A DNA stretch of 28,717 bases, taken from positions 1-28,717 of the IMG/VR virus record IMGVR_UViG_3300042307_001470. One strand, given 5' to 3'. Of the stretch, positions 25,197 through 28,717 are shown one piece after another. The notes beneath the pieces are model-generated. The model did no database searches and was not told the origin of the DNA. It worked only from the letters and a program-made list of their open reading frames with translations. Made by a program: the position numbers and the translations under genes. Origin of the DNA: a virus. Taxonomy: Duplodnaviria; Caudoviricetes. Position 1 is the stretch's first letter; the number at the start of each line of letters is the position of its first letter.

Positions 25197-26990
25197 CTAC
25201 GCCGTGACGTGATAGATGGTTTTCGGATCCTTGCTGGCGATGGCATCATACGCACTTTGAGAGCCCGTCCAGATCTTCATGTCGGCGACGGAACCGGCAA
25301 CCGGGTTGGTGACACCGCCGGACTTGGAATCGACGTACTGCTTGTTTGCCAGCTCGGTCGGCGCGACCGGATCCGCCGTCACGGTGATGGCTGCCGAAGA
25401 CGCGATAGCGCCCGTGGGGCTCTTGCTGAGCGACGGACCGCCGGAGCCGAAACGAACGCCCACTCCTGTACCGGACGTAGTGATCGGGACATACGCCGCG
25501 ACCTCGCCGCCCGCAAAATTCACGATATTGCTGGTGTTGTTGCGAAACGCCACCCCACCTGAGCCGCCCAACAGGTTGTAGTTCGTGCCCTTGATGACCA
25601 ACCCGTTAGATCCGCTTGGGAGAGTGATTGGCCCGGTCATTTCGCCGCCGGCGGTGGCGAGGTATCCGGTTACCGTCGGAGCGGGCGTAAACAGGAAACC
25701 ATCGGAACCTAGTTTAGAGACGTTGCCGGCGTCCGCGGAGACCACGGTCGGGCCGGGGGCACCGTCGGCACCGTCGGCACCGTCGGCGCCGTCAGCACCG
25801 GGCACACCCTGCTCGCCGGGGTCACCCTTGGCACCGTCTGCGCCTGGTGCTCCGTCTGCGCCGTCGTTACCTGCGGCGCCGGTTTCGCCCTTCTCGCCCT
25901 GGATGCCCTGTGCACCATCGGCACCGGCCGCGCCGGTCTCGCCCTTTTCGCCGGGTGCTCCGTCGGCTCCATCCTTGCCGGCCGGACCGGTGGCGCCGTC
26001 GTTACCGGCTACGCCCGGTTCGCCCTGGTCGCCCTTGGCACCGTCGGCGCCGGGCTGTCCGTCGACGCCGTCTTTGCCCGGCTCTCCGGGGTCGCCCTTA
26101 GCTCCCGGTTCGCCCTGGATGCCCTGTGCCCCATCGGCTCCCGGTGCTCCGTCTGCGCCGTCATTGCCGGCCACGCCCGGTTCGCCCTGGATTCCCTGTG
26201 CCCCGTCGGCGCCTGGTGCTCCGTCTACGCCATCCTTGCCTGGTGCACCATCGGCACCCGGTGCGCCGTCGACACCGTCGCGGCCGGGGTCACCTTTTTC
26301 GCCCTGGATGCCTTGTGCTCCGTCGGCTCCCGGTGCGCCGTCGGCACCCGGCTGTCCGTCGACGCCGTCGCGGCCGTCCTTGCCGTCCTGGCCGGCGGGC
26401 CCCGTCTTACCCGGCTCGCCCGCCACCCCGGGCGGACCCTGCACCGGCCCTGCGTTGACGAACGCCACCAGATTCTCGTCCCACACGAATCCCGTTGCGG
26501 GAGCAGGCTCCTCGACGACATACAAGTCGCCTTGATTTGCGCTATCCGGGAGATCTTCCTCGGTCACGACACTCGCGATGAATCGGATACCGATGCCCTG
26601 GCTGCCGGGTGCGCCCGGTGCGCCGTCGGCGCCGTCGGCGCCCGGCTGGCCGTCCACACCGTCTTTTCCGTCTTTGCCCGCGGGCCCGGTCTCACCCGGG
26701 ATGCCCTGCGGCCCAGCGACTCCCGGTGCACCGTCGGTCCCGGGGGCGCCGTCCACACCGTCTTTGCCGGGGGCGCCCGGTGCACCCGGTGCCCCGTCCT
26801 GGCCGTCAACACCGTCTTTACCGGGGGCGCCCGGTGCACCGGGGGGCCCTTGCGGGCCAACGCCGCCGCCGCCGCCGCCCGCGGCGGCTTCGTCTGCGAT
26901 GCAAGTTGGGCAACCCCAACTACCATCCGAGGCGCGTTCTTCGTGGGCGTGCGGTTCAACAGGCTCATTAGCGCGAGGCAAGTAAGGCAT
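25197..26990 (-). CDS. Collagen-like tail fibre protein
   Basis: Long Gly-X-Y tracts; ANKQYVD; C-terminal IWTGSQSAYDAIASKDPKTIY motif; GAAAGGA RBS. Confidence 0.9.
   Translation of the reverse strand: MPYLPRANEPVEPHAHEERASDGSWGCPTCIADEAAAGGGGGGVGPQGPPGAPGAPGKDGVDGQDGAPGAPGAPGKDGVDGAPGTDGAPGVAGPQGIPGETGPAGKDGKDGVDGQPGADGADGAPGAPGSQGIGIRFIASVVTEEDLPDSANQGDLYVVEEPAPATGFVWDENLVAFVNAGPVQGPPGVAGEPGKTGPAGQDGKDGRDGVDGQPGADGAPGADGAQGIQGEKGDPGRDGVDGAPGADGAPGKDGVDGAPGADGAQGIQGEPGVAGNDGADGAPGADGAQGIQGEPGAKGDPGEPGKDGVDGQPGADGAKGDQGEPGVAGNDGATGPAGKDGADGAPGEKGETGAAGADGAQGIQGEKGETGAAGNDGADGAPGADGAKGDPGEQGVPGADGADGADGADGAPGPTVVSADAGNVSKLGSDGFLFTPAPTVTGYLATAGGEMTGPITLPSGSNGLVIKGTNYNLLGGSGGVAFRNNTSNIVNFAGGEVAAYVPITTSGTGVGVRFGSGGPSLSKSPTGAIASSAAITVTADPVAPTELANKQYVDSKSGGVTNPVAGSVADMKIWTGSQSAYDAIASKDPKTIYHVTA
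25750..26860 (-). repeat. Collagen Gly-X-Y coding repeats (two blocks, approximate bounds)
   Basis: GADGAP/GKDGVD/GIQGEP units interrupted by a roughly 50-aa globular insert near 26440-26600. Confidence 0.9.
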
Positions 26991-27044
26991 TATGTTTTCC
27001 TTTCAGGAAATGAGGGGTTGGGGTTGGTTAGTTAGAGGGGGTGG

Positions 27045-28307
27045 TTAGGGGGTCTCGCCGATAGCGTTTTCGGGTGTGTCGTACAGCCACTCATCGGGCA
27101 GATCCTGCGGCGGCAACGGCGGGTCGGACTCCCAGCCGGTCATCGGCTCCCATTCGGCTTCGGCGTCGGCGGTGTCATATGTCGCTCCGGGGACGTCGCC
27201 CAGATGCAGTAGTGCGTAGCTGTCGTAGTTGGTGGCTCCGCCGGTGATGGCGACCACGCCCCAGTTGCCGTCGTCATAGGGTGTCACCCTGCCGGTGAAC
27301 GCGGTCGCGGGTGCCTTCGGTTTGATGATCGACAGCAGTACCGGAGTACCTGTGATATCGAATACGTGTATGCCGTTGGTTCCGGTGGCGTACAGCCGGG
27401 CCCGCGGGCCGTTGACCGTTTTCAGTTGGCTGAACGCGACGCCGGGCGCGTTGTACGCGGCGACGCCCGCACCGGTCTCGCCGTCGAGCTCGTATATGTC
27501 GGCGCCCTTGCAGGTGAACAGTCGGCGGCCGTCCCCGGTGGCGACGTCGGAGCCGATGCCGGTTGTTACGTCGGTGATCGTGTTAACGACGGTGCGCGTA
27601 GCGACGTCGACAAAGTACACACACTTTCCGATGCTCGAAGAAGCGTAGACGATTGCGTCATCGGTGGACGCGGCCAGAGAGTCGGCGGGGTTACCGGTGG
27701 CGGCTCCGACCTGCTGAGGGCCGAAATAGACAATCCCGGCCGAGGCGTCGGTTGCTGTGTAATAAAGTCGGAGCCCGTGTGGGATATTTAGGCCCGTATC
27801 GATGGGGGTACCGTTGGTGCCATAGTAGGTGCAGTAGACGATTCCGTCTGCAATGACGATTCCGTGACCGTTACCTCCGGCGAGGGTTTTAGACGAGACC
27901 ATCCCCGTCGCCGGATCGAAAATTCGGGTTCGCCCCAGCTGGCCGGGTGCCCTGGTACCGATGTAGCCCTTCAGACCGTCGGCGGTAAACACCACCTCTC
28001 CGAGAGTCCAGTTTCCCGTTAACGCCCAGTCGGCGTTGGTGAGTTGGCGAACGCGGGCCCGGTCTACGTCGATTTCCGATAGGCCGTTGTTAGTGACGGC
28101 CGCGGCGATAAACACTTTGCGCGTCGCCGGGCTGAACGCGCCCCGCGCCGCCGTTGTGGATGCAAACTTGGGCACCGCGCGTAGGTGAAGAACCACGGCG
28201 TTGCTTTCGGTCGGCCATATCTGTTCTCCGCCGACGTGTGTTTGCTTGTCGATGAACTCGCCGACAAATGGAACCTGATCCGCGCCCGCGTTGTTAACGA
28301 TCGCCAT
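27045..28307 (-). CDS. Minor tail protein with beta-propeller-like repeats
   Basis: VVFTADGLKGYIG, STDDAIVYAS, VYFVDVATRTVVNTI, DGRRLFT blades; HVGGEQIWP N-terminal motif. Confidence 0.72.
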   Translation of the reverse strand: MAIVNNAGADQVPFVGEFIDKQTHVGGEQIWPTESNAVVLHLRAVPKFASTTAARGAFSPATRKVFIAAAVTNNGLSEIDVDRARVRQLTNADWALTGNWTLGEVVFTADGLKGYIGTRAPGQLGRTRIFDPATGMVSSKTLAGGNGHGIVIADGIVYCTYYGTNGTPIDTGLNIPHGLRLYYTATDASAGIVYFGPQQVGAATGNPADSLAASTDDAIVYASSSIGKCVYFVDVATRTVVNTITDVTTGIGSDVATGDGRRLFTCKGADIYELDGETGAGVAAYNAPGVAFSQLKTVNGPRARLYATGTNGIHVFDITGTPVLLSIIKPKAPATAFTGRVTPYDDGNWGVVAITGGATNYDSYALLHLGDVPGATYDTADAEAEWEPMTGWESDPPLPPQDLPDEWLYDTPENAIGETP

Positions 28308-28319
28308 GAATTCTCCGCA

Positions 28320-28717
28320 TCATTTCCAGTAGATTTTTACGGCACCGTGGGCGCCGTTGCCGCCGCTGTAGCCGGTGAGGCCGCCGTTATCGCCGGACTG
28401 TCCGCCACCGCCCGGGGTAGAGCCGGCGCTGCCGTTCTTGTTTGAGCTCGAGCCGCCCTGCCCGGCTCCGGGGCCGTAGCTGGCGACGGTGTAGGTTCGG
28501 CCGCTCCACGTGTACGAGGGTTCGACGTTGCCGCCGTTTCTTCCGTTCAGTGAGCCGCCGGCAACCCCGCCGGCGCCGTTAATCCAGTTGGCCTCCGTGC
28601 CGTCTTTACGGACTCCATTTACGCGTATTCGCGACCCCGCCGCGGCGGCGGTGTTGAAGTTTCCACCGCCGACACCGTCGGAGCCGGGCGGAGCCTCCAC
28701 CCATATTTTTACGTGGG
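28320..28717 (-). CDS. Glycine-rich minor tail protein, C-terminal part (5' end off window)
   Basis: PGGGGQSG...GGNGAHGAVKIYW terminus typical of actinophage minor tail proteins. Confidence 0.75.
   Translation of the reverse strand, partial: HVKIWVEAPPGSDGVGGGNFNTAAAAGSRIRVNGVRKDGTEANWINGAGGVAGGSLNGRNGGNVEPSYTWSGRTYTVASYGPGAGQGGSSSNKNGSAGSTPGGGGQSGDNGGLTGYSGGNGAHGAVKIYWK

Larger units (their letters stand above)
1..28717. mobile_element. Temperate actinobacteriophage (siphovirus) genome segment, non-integrated form
   Basis: Head, packaging, tail, lysis, integration and replication modules in phage synteny; no host housekeeping genes; attP arm sites on both sides of the core. Confidence 0.96.

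Overview
The window is about 29 kb of a GC-rich temperate siphovirus of Corynebacteriales (Mycobacterium/Gordonia/Rhodococcus-like host, inferred), in its non-integrated form: attP is intact and the sequence reads through the probable cos junction. On the minus strand at the left are HNH, probable cos, terminase, portal, capsid maturation protein, scaffold, major capsid and head-tail adaptor. On the minus strand at the right are minor tail and collagen fibre genes, a C39-peptidase endolysin, a holin and small membrane proteins. The late operon ends in an 80-nt RNA that looks like the tRNA-like domain of tmRNA with the mRNA-like domain removed, which is the most striking feature. Next come attP (3' half of tRNA-Arg(UCU)) and a tyrosine integrase. 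A plus-strand early/replication arm (9.2-19.5 kb) encodes a Cas4-like exonuclease, SSB-like protein, NrdH, primase-D5 helicase, resolvase, DnaQ-like nuclease, an FtsK-like ATPase, a protein with an E3-binding domain and several HTH proteins. A non-coding region at 8.2-9.1 kb holds a symmetric iteron/AT-rich origin candidate bracketed by paired LexA and DnaA boxes. No canonical CI-type repressor and no lysin B are recognisable. All calls come from reading sequence motifs; no database searches were run.
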